A DNA stretch of 64,000 nucleotides. Source: the human T2T-CHM13v2.0 reference genome, Homo sapiens. The position numbers were made by a program, and so were the translations under genes. Location: assembly GCF_009914755.1 (NCBI RefSeq), contig NC_060929.1, one strand, 5' to 3'. Below the pieces are notes generated by a model that was not told where the DNA came from, ran no database searches, and worked only from the letters and a program-made list of their open reading frames with translations. Positions 1-15,165 of the stretch are shown here, in pieces; position 1 is the first letter of the stretch, and every line of letters begins with the position of its first letter.

Positions 1-221
1 AGCCTCTGCCTCCTGGGTTCAAGCAATTCTCATGGCTTAGCCTCCCGAGTAGCTGGGATTACAGGTGCATGCCACCATACCCTGCTAATTTTTGTATTTT
101 TAGTAGAGACAGGGTTTTCCCACGTTGGCTAGGCTGGTCTTGAACTCCTGACCTCAAGCAATCTGCCCGCCTAGGTCTCCCAAAGTGCTGGAATTACTGG
201 TGTGAGCCACCACACCCAGCC
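1..221 (-). mobile_element. Alu (AluS-like), cut by the window edge
   Basis: Reverse-complement Alu body ending ...GAGCCACCACACCCAGCC. Confidence 0.95.
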
Positions 222-784
222 AAAGGCAAGTCCATTTCTAGCTGAGGAGGGGCAATCAGGAGTTGGGCTGTGTTGAGTTATCCTTGTGCATATCTTGTAC
301 TCAGAGCTTATTTATCTCTATTAGAACCCAGCAAGCCTGGTGGTGTAAACGTCATCTCTTCTCTATATCAGAATGTAATGGAATAAGTTTTTTATCTAAA
401 ACCTCACTTGGTGTAGCCTTTATATTATTTCCACTGTGATAGATGAAAGAAAAAAAGAGCAGTTTAGAATGATATCTAATAATAAACCTTACTGGTCATT
501 CAAGATCTAGTGATATTCATTTGAAATCTGAAAAGGATTTCTGCCAGAGAATCAAGGCCTGAGGTTGTCTTCATTTCTTTACCATAACTCCCCTGCCTCC
601 TTCTATCAGCAACGTACTCTCAGCACACCCCCAATTTCCTCTTCCCACTGCCTAAAACCGCATCTCCCAAAGACGTAACCTGGCAACCCTACCCAAGAGG
701 CCCTTCCCACCACTCACCTGTTCTTTCTCTACAAGAGCAGCCTATCTGTTTCATTCATGAAATATATCACCATTTGTAATGTTT

Positions 785-1093
<309 letters not shown>

Positions 1094-3051
1094 TGTAATG
1101 TTTATTTTCTTATCGGCAATCTTCCAGAACACACTGTAAGCTCTTTAAGGACAGAGGTTCTTTCTGTCACAATGCCCAGAAGATAGCAGATGTGAAAAAA
1201 TTGTTGCATGAATAAATTAGCAAATAAATAAGTAGTAGCACTATTACTTTAGGAAAGTCCTCATAGCGCTCTAGACCATGGTCGCCACACCCGTCAAATA
1301 AAAGAACTCACAAGGATCCAGGCTGAATATTCTATGATTCTAGGACTTGGTAAAATCAGCACTAGTGCTTCACCAGAAAATGCGAAGCAACCCTGACTTC
1401 AAGGCAGTTTTCCTAGTAGAAAGACATAATAGGTAATGGATGGAAGGATGTTCGGCATTCTTATCCCACTTTATAAAAAATGAAGACACCTAAATACATT
1501 TTGTGTATAAAAAGAGGCTCCTCCACACATGCAAGTAGATTGATTCAACCTGTGTCAGCAGCCAGGGGCCCTGGAGTCAGCCCCTCCACTGGAGGACACT
1601 AGCAAGAAGATATTTGCAAACTACTTTTTCTGATGGAGTCAAGAGAACCTCTGGTCTAACCCATGAGCTTGCATTAGTGCCTCAGCTCAGCCTAACTCCA
1701 GCACCATCTTATAGATCCTGAAAGTGGGTGGTCTGGAGCTCCGCTTCTAAACTTCCTCAGATTCAAGCAAATTCCACATTCATTTGAAAGACAGAGGCCA
1801 GAGGGATTGGCTGGATCAGGGAGGTTGGTAAATACAGTGCCTTTTTTTTTTTTCTTTTATCAACAGGAAATACAAGCTCCAGTTCTGGATGAAAGGGAAA
1901 AAAAAATCATTGAAAGTAATTTATATCTGAAACTGTTTAGTAGTGTCATCCTAATTTACAACAGAACCAATTCCAAATTAAAAAAAAAAAAGTCTTTTTC
2001 TGTTTCCTGTTAGCAAAGAACATGGGGTTATTTAAAAAAAAAAAAAATCCACTGGATTTTCCCAAGTGTTGATAAGGTCTGGAATCCTGCAGATCTCATG
2101 AGAAGAATTCAAAACTCCTAATTAAAAGTTTTGTTCTCACAGTCAAATCTTGAAACTGTGCCGTTTGGCTTCACTTCTCTATGGTTAATTCATTTTGATC
2201 TTCTTCCAAAAGATAAATTGACAATGTGGGATGAACCATTATCAGAAGCTTATTAATTATTATTATTTCTGGTTTTGAAAGGAGAAGAATTTTGCTGTAA
2301 CATACCTCACCTCATACGGAACCCAGGGCTATGAGTGAATACATGTTGAATGGAATCTTTCCTGGATTAGTGACAATTGTTCATCTCTGGGGCTAGCCAG
2401 GTAGGGAGAAATTGTTTATTAAATAGATTACACAATCTATTGGGCTCAGGTTGAATATAGTGACAGGAAACTGAAAATAGTCCTGACATTGGATGACTTG
2501 GTGTTTTTCGTAATTTTAAACAGATAATTCAGATGCTGGTGTTTTGGAAGGCTGCCCAAGATCTGCTCTCCATATAAGCAAACTATAAAATGCAAACTAG
2601 GGCTATGACAGCCACCTACCTCTTTCCCTGAGGCAGACTTCATACTTCCTGAACCAAAATACTTGTCTGACCACAATACTGAATATTTGGAATTGGGACT
2701 GTCCCAGAAATCTGGGACATATATGGTAAGGACCTGAAGCCTGTAGTCAAATTGGAGTTTTCTTAGATGCTTGGTTAAAATTTAAATATTTTCAAGTCCA
2801 GTCCATTTATAACTTAGTGTACTAAGTTGTACTCAAAAAAGATGTACCAAAAAAAATGATGTACTCAAAATGTACACATTAATGCAGTGGTGGAGTTAGC
2901 TAGGTAACCTCCTTTTGTTAGCAAAAATGAGAGTCTTACTTCTGAGATCTTCAGAGACCATTTGGAAATTTCTGGAAGGGAAATGGCATGGATGCCCTTT
3001 CTGCTACCAAGACTGTCAGTAGTTACACAAAATTATATTATTAAAAGTCCC

Positions 3052-3342
3052 CAGATGGGAAGTGGCTCACGCCTGCAATCATAACACTTTGGGAGGTTGC
3101 GGTGGGAGAATCATTTGAGTCCAGGAATTCAAGACGAGCCTGGGCAACATAGGGAGACCTCATCTCCACAAAAAATTTAAAAATTAGCCAAGCATGGTGG
3201 TGCACACCTGTGGTCCTAGCTACTCAGGAGGCTGAGATGGGAGGATTGCTTGAGATGGGAGGTTGAGGCTGCAGTAAGTCGTGATTGTACTGGGGCACTT
3301 CAGCCTGGGTGACAAAGCAAGACCCTGTCTCAAAAAAAAAAA
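3052..3342 (+). mobile_element. AluJ-like
   Basis: Dimeric Alu with J-type GGAGGATTGCTTGAG and GAGGCTGCAGT; poly-A tail. Confidence 0.92.
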
Positions 3343-5194
3343 GGTCCCTTTTCCCTATTAAACAGTACATCTGTGTTTGGAAAGCTTTGGGTAGAGGACC
3401 CAGGTAGGAAGGCCATCCTTGTGCCCAGGTGGCAGCAGCCATTGAGGGTCTGAGGGAAGTCCAAACCAAAGGTTAGCCCAGGACCATTCTCCTCAGAGAC
3501 TAGAAGGTCTCTCCATCTTAGGACTGAGGCTTCCTGAAACAAGGAGGAAAGGTGATGCTGAATGGAATCCGTGTTAATCAAGAGAAGGGCCTTTCCTGTG
3601 GTTTATGCCTCTCTTCATTACTCACCAGCAGGCTCTGCTGGCGCCTGAAGCCTCTTCCAGTGTTGACATCCTTTTTGGCCATTTCTAGCAGTGTCTTTAC
3701 AGAAAACAGGGTGGGGGAAGACATAAGAGGCAAAACTCAAATAGCCTAGTTTTCCCAACCTTTACAACTAAAATATTTTTCTGAACAAAAAATGGGAAAG
3801 TCGTGGCAAATAATCATGCCTGATAGTTCTGTTCCCTTTGCCCATGCGTGACTGAAACTGAGCCAGAAGGATTGAATTTTCTTACTCTATTTTACCTTTT
3901 TATATATTTTTTAAAATCATATTTTGAAGGCACACAGGAGCTTTTCTTTAACCCAAGAGTGGCACCCTGTTATAGATATTCTCCAGTGACCCAACTCCCA
4001 TCCCCTCGCTTTTCTATAAAAGGAGCCTGGAGTTATAAGAAAGACAGGACAGCCCTCCAAACCAGGACGTCATGGAGAGGTCAGCCCACCCAAAGAAGAT
4101 GCAGCACATGCAGGGTGTGGAGAGGGAAGTTCACGGGTGACGGGAGACACTGCCCTACGCCGCTAAATCCCTGCAGCCTCCTCCCCCTCATCCCTGTAAA
4201 AGTGAGTCAGAAGAGCTCACTTGTCAGACTCCTCCCAGCCCAGAGTTGAAACAAGCTTTCCCCCACTCCATGCTCCACAAGCCACAATGCTCCAAGCCTC
4301 CTCAAATTCATCCATGAAGCTCTGTGGGGCCTGCAGGCAGGCACATTCCAAAAAAAGACCTGAATATTTTATTGACAGTGGAACCCTAATTAGGTGGTTT
4401 CTATAGTCGCCGATTTCTCTAGCACTTGAAGGCAGAAGTCAGCGTTTTTGTCCCCTTCTAATTTGCCCTCTCTACCCCTCACACTCCAGACCCAGGGCTG
4501 CTGGCACCCCTGCTGAGAAGAATAGATGGGGAAGAAATATTTCCGGGATTAGTCTCATAAATCTTTCACTGGCTTCCCTGGAAATTCTCTACCCTTGAGC
4601 AACGGGGGTGTGGGGTGAGGGGGGGAGTCAGATCACTCCTGACTCATTAGCGTGTTTCCACGATGTGCCAGCTAGATCATCTAAAAATTATTCAGCTGCC
4701 CAGGAGGAAAGCCTTTTTGCCAAACTACAGGCTTATTCGAAGAACTTAATGCAATCCTCAGCCCTGGCATCCAACCACAAAGCCCAGCAAGCTCTTCAGA
4801 GAGCCATTTCCTGACCCCAGAGGCAGTCAGTGACCCCCTGGAGTGGATTTTTACATAGAGATACTGTCTTTAGCCGCAAAGCTTTCTAAAGAAGGGATTT
4901 GGGAAAGAAAATCTATTGTGTTGTTGGCTTTGTGCATGTCTGAAAGAAGAGAAGTCATAAAATCTTTGTGTTCTTGATGGAGTGAGTTCCAGGAAATATT
5001 ACCTGTCCCTTATCAGGTCCCCATGAATTGAATCAGGCTGATAACATAGCCTTCAGGTTTCCACGTGTGCATTCACCACCTACATTTGCAAAAACTCTTC
5101 CTTTTTCTGTTTTGTCCTCTCTCATATCTAAAAGATTTTATCAGCACTTTCTTGCTGTATCTGTGTCTGCTTTCAGTCCCTTGTTGGTGTTCTA

Positions 5195-5517
<323 letters not shown>

Positions 5518-5519
5518 GC

Positions 5520-5730
5520 AGAAGTTACCATTTATTGAATGCTGACTGTGTCAGCCACTGTGACCCTACATACATTTGTTCATTGATAACTGTTTGTTCA
5601 TTGCAAAGTAGATCTTTAAAAGCCTATGATCCAAATGAGGAAACCGAGGTTTAGAAATATAGCTAGAAAGTACTAGTCAGGACTCAGAGCCCGCGCTGTC
5701 TGACTCCCAAGCATTTTCTCTCAGCCACTT
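5520..5730 (-). mobile_element. MIR
   Basis: CCATTTATTGAATGCT...ATGAGGAAACCGAGG...GTCTGACTCC, typical antisense MIR core. Confidence 0.75.
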
Positions 5731-6561
5731 CACTGAAACACAGACAGCCCGGGAGATGTGCATTGCTTTTGGTTAACACCCATATCCAGGCACATGCTGC
5801 AGAGCCTGAACGATGTCCTCACTGTCACCTCCCCAACCCTCTGAAGATGGTGATGGAAATGAGTGCGCCATGACAATTTCTGCAGAAAGATTCTAAAGTG
5901 TTGTCAGAAATCTTGAGGCCAGGAGCATATCTAGCTCCCTAACCCACAGCAGGGTGTTAAATAGGTTCCTGATGACATGGTTTTGATAAAGAAAGAGAGT
6001 TCCTCAGGCAATGGAGACTGGAGATCAGTGAGGGGAGGGGTGTTAGAGGAGCCCCACAGGGAACAGAACCTGGGGTGCTATCGCAGGCAAGAAGACAAGT
6101 CAGAAAGCATAGACCTAGCACAATTATGAACAGAAAAGGCCATTGTTTGGAAGTCTGAGGTTTTGGAGAGGGTCAAAATTGTAACAGAAGTCCCTCTGCA
6201 GTGAATTTTGGACTCCAAAGCTCTTTAGGATTCTCTCTTCCCCAATACTAACTCTCGCAACATGGGCTGAAAAACTGCTAGAGTCTAATGAAATCTGACT
6301 TCAAAAAAATTATTGGAGCTAATTAGAAAAGGCTTAGTTTTGACATCTTCAGTCATCTTTAGTCCTTAGTTTTCCCGCTGATCAAATATATCCATTCATT
6401 CCAATCTAATGAAGGCCTGCTGTACATAGGGCTTTTCCCTAGCACTGTGAGAGATGCAAAACATATTGGACACGATCCCTAACCCTGAGTTGCTTGCTCT
6501 CTAGGTTGCAAAGCAAGAAATGTGCACATAAAAAAGGTGAATAAAAATATTTCAGACACCA

Positions 6562-6880
6562 AGCCGGGCACGGTGGCTCATGCCTGTAATGCCAGCACTA
6601 TGGGAGGCCGAGGCGGGCAGAACACGAGGTCAGAAGATTGAAACCATCCTAGCTAACACGGTGAAACCCTATCTCTACTAAAAATACAAAAAATTAGCTG
6701 GGCGTGGTGGCAGGCACCTGTAGTCCCAGCTACTCAGCAGGCTGAGGCAGGAGAATGGAGTGAACCCAGGAGGCAGAGCTTGCAGTGAGCCGAGATTGTG
6801 CCACCGCACTCCAGCCTGGGCGACAGAGCGAGATTCCTTCTCAAAAAAAAAAAAAAAAAAAAAAGTATATATATATATAT
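6562..6880 (+). mobile_element. AluY
   Basis: Y-diagnostic ACCATCCTAGCTAACACGG, GAGAATGGAGTGAACC, GAGCTTGCAG; TSD ATATTTCAGACAC. Confidence 0.93.
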
Positions 6881-6904
6881 TTCAGACACTATCCCCACTT
6901 TGAG

Positions 6905-8258
<1,354 letters not shown>

Positions 8259-8299
8259 CTGGTCTGATAGAAGTTTTCTAACTAGGACATGGTACTGTT

Positions 8300-9900
8300 A
8301 ATACACAGGTACCAATGTGTTTCAGAGGATCATGAAAGCAATGTGAACTAGCTGGGTCAGGGAGGCTGCATGGAAGAGGGGAGGCAAACTGAGCCACAAA
8401 GGAAGATTAGGATTCCAGCAGAGAAAGGGAGCAGACCATGCACTTGCAGCCAGGGGTTTGGGATGAAGACAAGCCCTTTAATATACAGTAAGAAGCAGCA
8501 AGGCCTTGGCACAAACCCAGACAACCCAACTCCAAATGTAGAACCAAACCTTACCCTCTCCTGATGGGCTGGGGAATATGGTATTCATTCAGACTAGAGA
8601 TGATGAACTAAATTGGAATTGGAATGTAAATGGCATGGGAATGGAAAGACGGGAAAGTGTAAAGGACATTATGGAGAAGAGGCAACAAATTATTTTAGTA
8701 TAATCGAATAGAGTGGGCAGAAATAGAAGTAGCAGGAGGAATCAAAGGTGAAATTGAAAACCAGAACCAAAGACAAACTTGAAAAATTGGGGCAAATGGT
8801 GGTGTCACTGATTGTGAAGAAAGTGACTCCAGGTTATGTAAGAAAATGGATGTGATTCCAGTAGAGCTGGGTCTGAGAGAGTGGCAGGGGCTTCATGTGG
8901 AAATAGCTAGGAAGCCACAGAGCTGCTATGTGAGGGTAAGGTGAAAGCCAGAGAAACAGTTCTGTGCATCATCTGCACAGAGATCCCAGAGGATGTTGTG
9001 ATGGATTCCAAGAAGGGGGGAGATTGAGGAAGGGACATCCGCTCCCGCCCGCCAGCTTCATGAAGGGGAGATCAGCCCAGGCTAACGGTGGGTGGTGGTG
9101 GATCCCAAGCACCAAGAATACAGAATGCCCTTGCTGAAGAATCAAGCAATGAGTTGGAGCTTATGGGAAGCAGGTGTCTAGGCAAGAAGGCACCAGTGCA
9201 GCCGCTGGTGCCCAGAGCATGGCACGTGTTGGACAGGCTGAAAGGGTGGAGCCCAGTGGATACCAGGTAAGCAGGGAATGCATATTTGGTCCACTGGTGG
9301 GGAGGGATAGAGGAAGGGAGGAAAGCCAACAAGGATATGCAACCATATATGGTCAGAAGGGCATGAGGAGACCAGGGGTGGTAGAGTCAAACGGCCAAGG
9401 GATGACACTTCCAGAGAGCAGATGTGAGCAGAGTGTCTTTCGTGTTGCAAAGATGTGAAGGAGAATAAGGTCTGAGAAGAGGTCACTGGCTTTCCAATCA
9501 GTGAATTTGCATCAACTGTTGGGGATCATTTTAGTCAAGTGCCAGGGTAGAAACCAGATTGCTTGGGTTTGTGGATAAAAAATAGAAACTGCAGGTACAG
9601 TTGGTTCAAGAGGAAGAATGGCAATAACGAGTTTTTAAGTGTTCCATAAGGCAGTGGACAAGGTCATTGGCTGAAGAGGAGAAAATGGAAGTGGGGAGTC
9701 AGAGGAACACAGGAGTGTCAGCATAGATGCTACAGAGACAGTGCCAGAGAGTCCATTATCACATGTGGTTGTTTTAAAATAGAAAAGTGCTGTACATTGT
9801 CATTTATTCACTCAACAAATACTTTTTTGGTACTTTCTTTGTGTTAGGCAGAGAGATACAGTCTTGAGCAGACAGCGAGTCCATGTCCTTTTGCAGCTTG
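8300..9900 (-). mobile_element. Degraded L2 fragments
   Basis: GA-rich antisense L2-like segments (GGAGGAATCAAAGGTGA, GAAACCAGATTGC, CATTTATTCACTCAACAAATA). Confidence 0.45.
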
Positions 9901-10949
9901 CAGGGTGTGGCCAGGGAAGCCAGGATAACACTTAACCACTACTCTTCTATAATACTTTATAGTTGGCAAAGCACTTCCACTGTCCATTCAAACCTGACAA
10001 CGACATTCCTTTGAGATCATTGTTGGGAAATTCATTAAAAAAAAAAAGTAAACACCAAACCTGAAGGTGAGATTTAGAAGATATGTCAAAAACTCAACAA
10101 CTAGTTATCAGGAGACCAAAAACAAGAACGCTAGTGTCTGGACTCAGGGGCAGATACTTCCCAGCACAGGGCTGGATGAAGAAAGTGACTAATTTTTGCA
10201 TCTCTTTTCTTGGTCTAGCCTCGGCCCCCAACATTGAAAGGACAATTCAAGTCAAACACTTTACTCAACTTTGGATTTGATTGCAGCCAAAGATAGTAGC
10301 CCCCAATTATTAGGTGATCACTATGGAGTACATTGTTTAGGGACATTAACTCAAATCCTCATGAATCTGGCTATCCGGTGGGATTTGCTTGTCCCTTGAG
10401 CTCTAGTAAACTTGGCTTAAACTTTCCAACTCTAAAAAAAGCTGTGAAAATTCAAAGCCCTCCTCTCAATTTCCATGAATTCCTGGAGTTTTAGAGTAAT
10501 CTCTCAGCATCTGGTTTCTGCATTCACACTTGCTGCCTTTTCTTTCCACCCAAATGGAAAACCAGCCCCCCTTTGCTTGTTTCCACACCAATCCGGTCAG
10601 TTTAATCAAATTTACAGATTTGCAAGTGGGTAGGAAAGAGAGATGTTTGCAGAAATGCAGAAAGAGCCCAGCAAATAACACAGCTCCCTCCACCTCTCAC
10701 TGTTTCTCCCGCCCCCTTTCTGTCCCACCTGCCCCAAGTTAGAAGCTAAATAAAGTCCTCCTTTTTTATCTAATGCAATTCAATGTATCAATCATATTAT
10801 GCATCTCAGCTTGCTCTTGGGGGTCTCGTCCTCTACCCAAAGTGGCTTATCCTTATCCAAGTATTCCTTCCAAATAAGTATATTAGTCTCTATATGAGAA
10901 ACTAAGGCAAATACAATGTCCTCAATTTTCTGACATTTATATAACCCTC

Positions 10950-11100
10950 TGAAGTATATATTATTATTTCCATTTTATAGATAAAGAACCTGAGGCACAG
11001 CAAGTCTAAATCACTTGTCCTCATTTTTGCAGTTAAGTCAGAAAGCCCAAATTGGAACTGAGACCTGTCTGACTTTGAAGCCCATGTTTTTTGTAAGACA
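10950..11100 (-). mobile_element. MIR
   Basis: CCATTTTATAGATAAAGAACCTGAGGCACAG...CTGTCTGACTTTGAAGCCCATG. Confidence 0.8.
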
Positions 11101-11929
11101 CCACGATCTTGAGATTGTCCCAGGAAACTATAGGTAAAGGTTCAATCTCAGAGGAAAGAAAACAGGAAGGGGCCACTTTCTTTCATGTTCAGAAACGAAT
11201 TGCCAAGCAGAGAATTACGCTTATGAAAGACACTTCTCTTCGCATATCCTAGTGAGAATAAGGCCTAAAACACCAAACTTGTATTTTGAAATGGTCCAAT
11301 GCAGATGTGTCTTTAACTTTCAAATCTGACAGAGGAAGATATCTGAATATATTTAATCCAAGTAGGAGAAGAATACTTAGGCCTTAATATTCTACATTTC
11401 CCAAACTCCATGCTTTAGAAAATTCCTACAGAGACTGGCCCCAGAGAAAATGAGAGAGTATTACTCAAATGATCCGGTGGCTGGATATAAGGATGATAAT
11501 GGATGACTGAACCTTACTTTGGAAATGAACCAGCTATAGCCCCAGGACTTCCTTCCTGCTGACACTGTGAATCTGATAGTCTATGAGAATTTGCCTGATC
11601 CAGCTGACATCTAAGAAACACCTTGCATGGCTGTGTAGAGCCTGGAAACAAGGCCTATACAAACAGAATGAGCCATTGCGTCTGACTTCTGAGTCCTTTC
11701 ACAAATATTGCAGAGGGAAACCCTGAAAGGGTGTCCCTCATCATCATCCAACATGTTTTACAAGAAAACATCAGCATCATCATTATCATCACCATCATCA
11801 CTTGTTACCATAAGCCAGGCACTGTGCTAGGCACTGTAGGTACAAGGGGAAGTAAAAGCAGAGTTGTTGCCCTCTCAGAATTCCCAGTCTAGTGGGGAGA
11901 GATTTCAGTTTTAAAAATCACAGGTACAA

Positions 11930-12130
11930 GTGAATCATTGCACTAACAAATTCCAAAAACATTACTTTCATTAGCTTTTTTGATTCCCATAACCCTAAAA
12001 GGTAGGCAGTATTGCTCTCAACTTATGGAAAAATAAATTGGGATTCAGACAGGTAAAGAAGCCAGCCAAAGGTTACATAAGACTGGGATTTGGCCTAGGT
12101 CTAAGTTCAAAGTCTTACCCCGCTGCATTT
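11930..12130 (-). mobile_element. MIR
   Basis: CATAACCCTAAAAGGTAGGCAGTATT...CCAAAGGTTACATAAG. Confidence 0.6.
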
Positions 12131-13579
12131 TTACGCTATTGAAAATTAGGACCTAAACCGAGCATTTGACATTGAATTCTACGACATGTTAAAGCATGTT
12201 ACTATGTTAAGTTAACGGTGCAAGACAAGTGGAATGATTATCTGTTGAGCCCATGGAATCTTCTTGGGAGCCCCTTCAATTTCTGCTGTCACATTCCACC
12301 AAGTTATGAATATGAACAATTCCTTGGGTATTTTCTTATCCTGAACTCTCCTTGGAAGTGAGATGCTTTTAGAAACTACTTTTGATCACTCCCTTGTATC
12401 AACCAGAAAATGAACAAAAATTCTTAACATGAGTGGTCCCTCATGACTCTCATTTGGTTGCCTTGGGAAAACCTTCCCCACCTACCACAGGTATTTCCTC
12501 CTTTGTGTTCTCATCTTTATTAACACTCTTACTGCCTCATAAAGTATTTGTGCCTCACCAGATGCACCCTGAGTTTCTTCAGGTAACAACTGTGTTATAT
12601 CCATCTCGACAGTTCCAGCACCTAAGAACAGGCACTTGGAAGGCACTTGAGAAACGTTCAGTGGATGAATGCATGAGTGAGTGAAGGAATGATTGAACAC
12701 CCTGTGACCCAGGACTCTAGGATTTCAGACAGGCACAAGTTCGAATCTTCCAGTAAGCCATTTCACTCAAGCAGATTAATAACTAGAAATCACAGAATAT
12801 CAGCTCTGGAAGGACCCTGAAATATCACATTCAACACTTTTATTTCTGAAATGAGGAACTCAAGTTTGAAGAGAAGAGACTTGCCCAAGGTGGCTTCTGC
12901 ATTCCTCTCCACTTACCTCTCAACCACTCTTGGGTACAAGTGCTTCATTCTTCTAACCTTGAGCTCTAATGTAATTTCCAAGGCTTTTCAAAATTGAAAT
13001 TAATGACTGATCTGCAAAGAAGCCTGTTAGTGTTATCATTACCCAGGGACCTTAAGAAATACTCTGGCGGTGGAGAGAGGCAGAGACAATGAGGTCATCA
13101 CGGTGTCTGTAGTTATCAATAGGGATCTTAGTTCTTTCCCTCTATGAAGACTCTGCACTGAATGGGGAATTTTAAAAGTCTGTGGTTTGCAATAAGATCC
13201 ATCACTGAGGCTTCAGTCAGGCCTATTGTTCATTGCTGCTCACTGCAAGTACAAAGTGGGACTCAGATAAACGTGGGTTGATATTGAATAAATATACATA
13301 TGCCATCAGCAACATACAATTAGCCCAGTCATAGATAGTACAACTCATACCCAGCCGTGTGCTGTAGCCAAGAGCTTGGCAAAGTCTCACCCCTGAAAGT
13401 TATTAAGGTGTTGAATTCTTTACAAAGAGGCTTTATCTAAAAAGATTTCTGGACAAAGTATGATTCACCGGCTTACCAGAGAGGAAGCAACCGGACATCA
13501 CATCAGTGGTCCTGACTAGGCTTTTTGGTTATTGCTCTTCCTTATAGAAAGCAAGGGTTTGAGATTTGAGAGCAGAATT

Positions 13580-13895
13580 GTTTTTTTTTTCTTTTCTTTG
13601 AGTCAGGGTCTCATTCTGTCACCCAGACTGGAATGCAGTGGTACAATCATTCAATCATTGCTCACTGTAACCTCAAACTCTTGGCCTCAAGTGAGCCTCC
13701 CCCCTCAGCCTCCCAAGTAGCTGGGATTACAGTTGCATGCCACCACACCAGGCCAATTTTTTAAATTTTTTATTTTTCATATTGACGAGGTCTGCTATGG
13801 TGCCCAGACTGGTCTCAAACTCATGGCCTCAAGCAATCCTCTCATCTCAGCCTCCCAAGTTGCTGGGATTACAAATATGAGCTTCTGTGCCTGGC
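13580..13895 (-). mobile_element. AluJ-like
   Basis: Antisense Alu with J-type CTCAAGCAATCCTC. Confidence 0.92.
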
Positions 13896-14326
13896 CTTTT
13901 TTCATTTTTGTATCTCCAGTGCCTCAAACGTAGTAGGAGTTCAATACATGTTTTATAAAATAATAAGTCAACAAATAAAAGAACGAGTGTACTCATTAAG
14001 ATTAGGTTTACTGGTACATCACTGAAAACGAAAATGAGAGGTTCAAACAAGATACAGTTTTCTCTCTTCTACACAAAAGAGAGCTAAGAAATCCAAACTG
14101 ATATAATGTTTCTGCAGCACTAGGGATCCAGGCTTATTTTATCTTTGCACTGCATCCTTATGTACTCAAGTTTGCCTCCAGATCAAGGAGGCTGCTAGAG
14201 CACCAGTCATTAAATCTAGAATGAGGGCAGAAAGAAGAAAAAGAAAAATGCATCCCACCTAGTCAAGTGAATCTCTTTTTTAAAAAACTTAAGAATTTTT
14301 AAATCTCTTGTTGTTGTTGTTTTCAT

Positions 14327-15165
14327 TATGGTAAAACATACATAATAGAATTTATATGTGAACTGTTTTTAGATGTACAGTTCAGTGGCATTAAGCACAT
14401 CTCCATTGTTGTGTAGCCATCATCGTCATCCATCTCTAGAACTTTTTTATCATACCAAACTAAAATCCTGTACCCATTAAACATTAACTCCCTATTGCCC
14501 CTCTGTATTAGTCTATTCTCATGCTGCTAATAAAGACATACCCAAGACTGGGTAATTTATAAAGGAAAGAAGTTTAATGGACTCACAGTTGCACATTGCT
14601 GGGGAGGCCTCACAGTCATGGTAGGAGGTCGAGCAAAGGCACATCTTACATGGTAGCAGGCAGGAAATTCATGTAGGGGAACTCCCCTTTATAAAACCAT
14701 CAGATATCATGAGACTTATTCACTATCACAAGAACAGCACAGGAAAGACCCACCTCCAGGATTCAATTACCTCCCACCGGATCCCTCCCATGACATGTGA
14801 GAATTACGTGAGCTACAATTCAAGAGGAGATTTGGGTGGGGACATGGCCAAACCATATCACCCTCTCCCCCCAGCCCCTGGCAACCATCATTCCAACTTC
14901 TGTCTCTGTAAACATGAACACTCTAGGTACCTCAGATAAGTGGCATGATACAATATCTGTCCTTTTGTGGCTGGCATATTTTACTTTGGTGTGAGGACCT
15001 CAAGGTTCATCCGTGTTGTCGCATGTGTCAGAATTTTCTTCCTTTTTAGAACTGGACAATATTCTGTTGCCTATAGATACCATATTTTGTTTATCCATTC
15101 ATCTGTCATGGATTTGGGTTATGTCCACCTTTTGTCTATTGTGACTAATGCTGCTATCGACATTG
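14327..15165 (-). mobile_element. L1MB-like 3' end, interrupted by THE1
   Basis: TACAGTTCAGTGGCATTAAGCACAT...CCCCAGCCCCTGGCAACCA...GTCAGAATTTTCTTCCTTTT. Confidence 0.85.
14504..14860 (-). mobile_element. THE1 (THE1B-like) MaLR solo LTR
   Basis: TGTATTAGTC...AAACCATATCA termini; 5-bp TSD CCCTC at 14499-14503 and 14861-14865. Confidence 0.93.
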
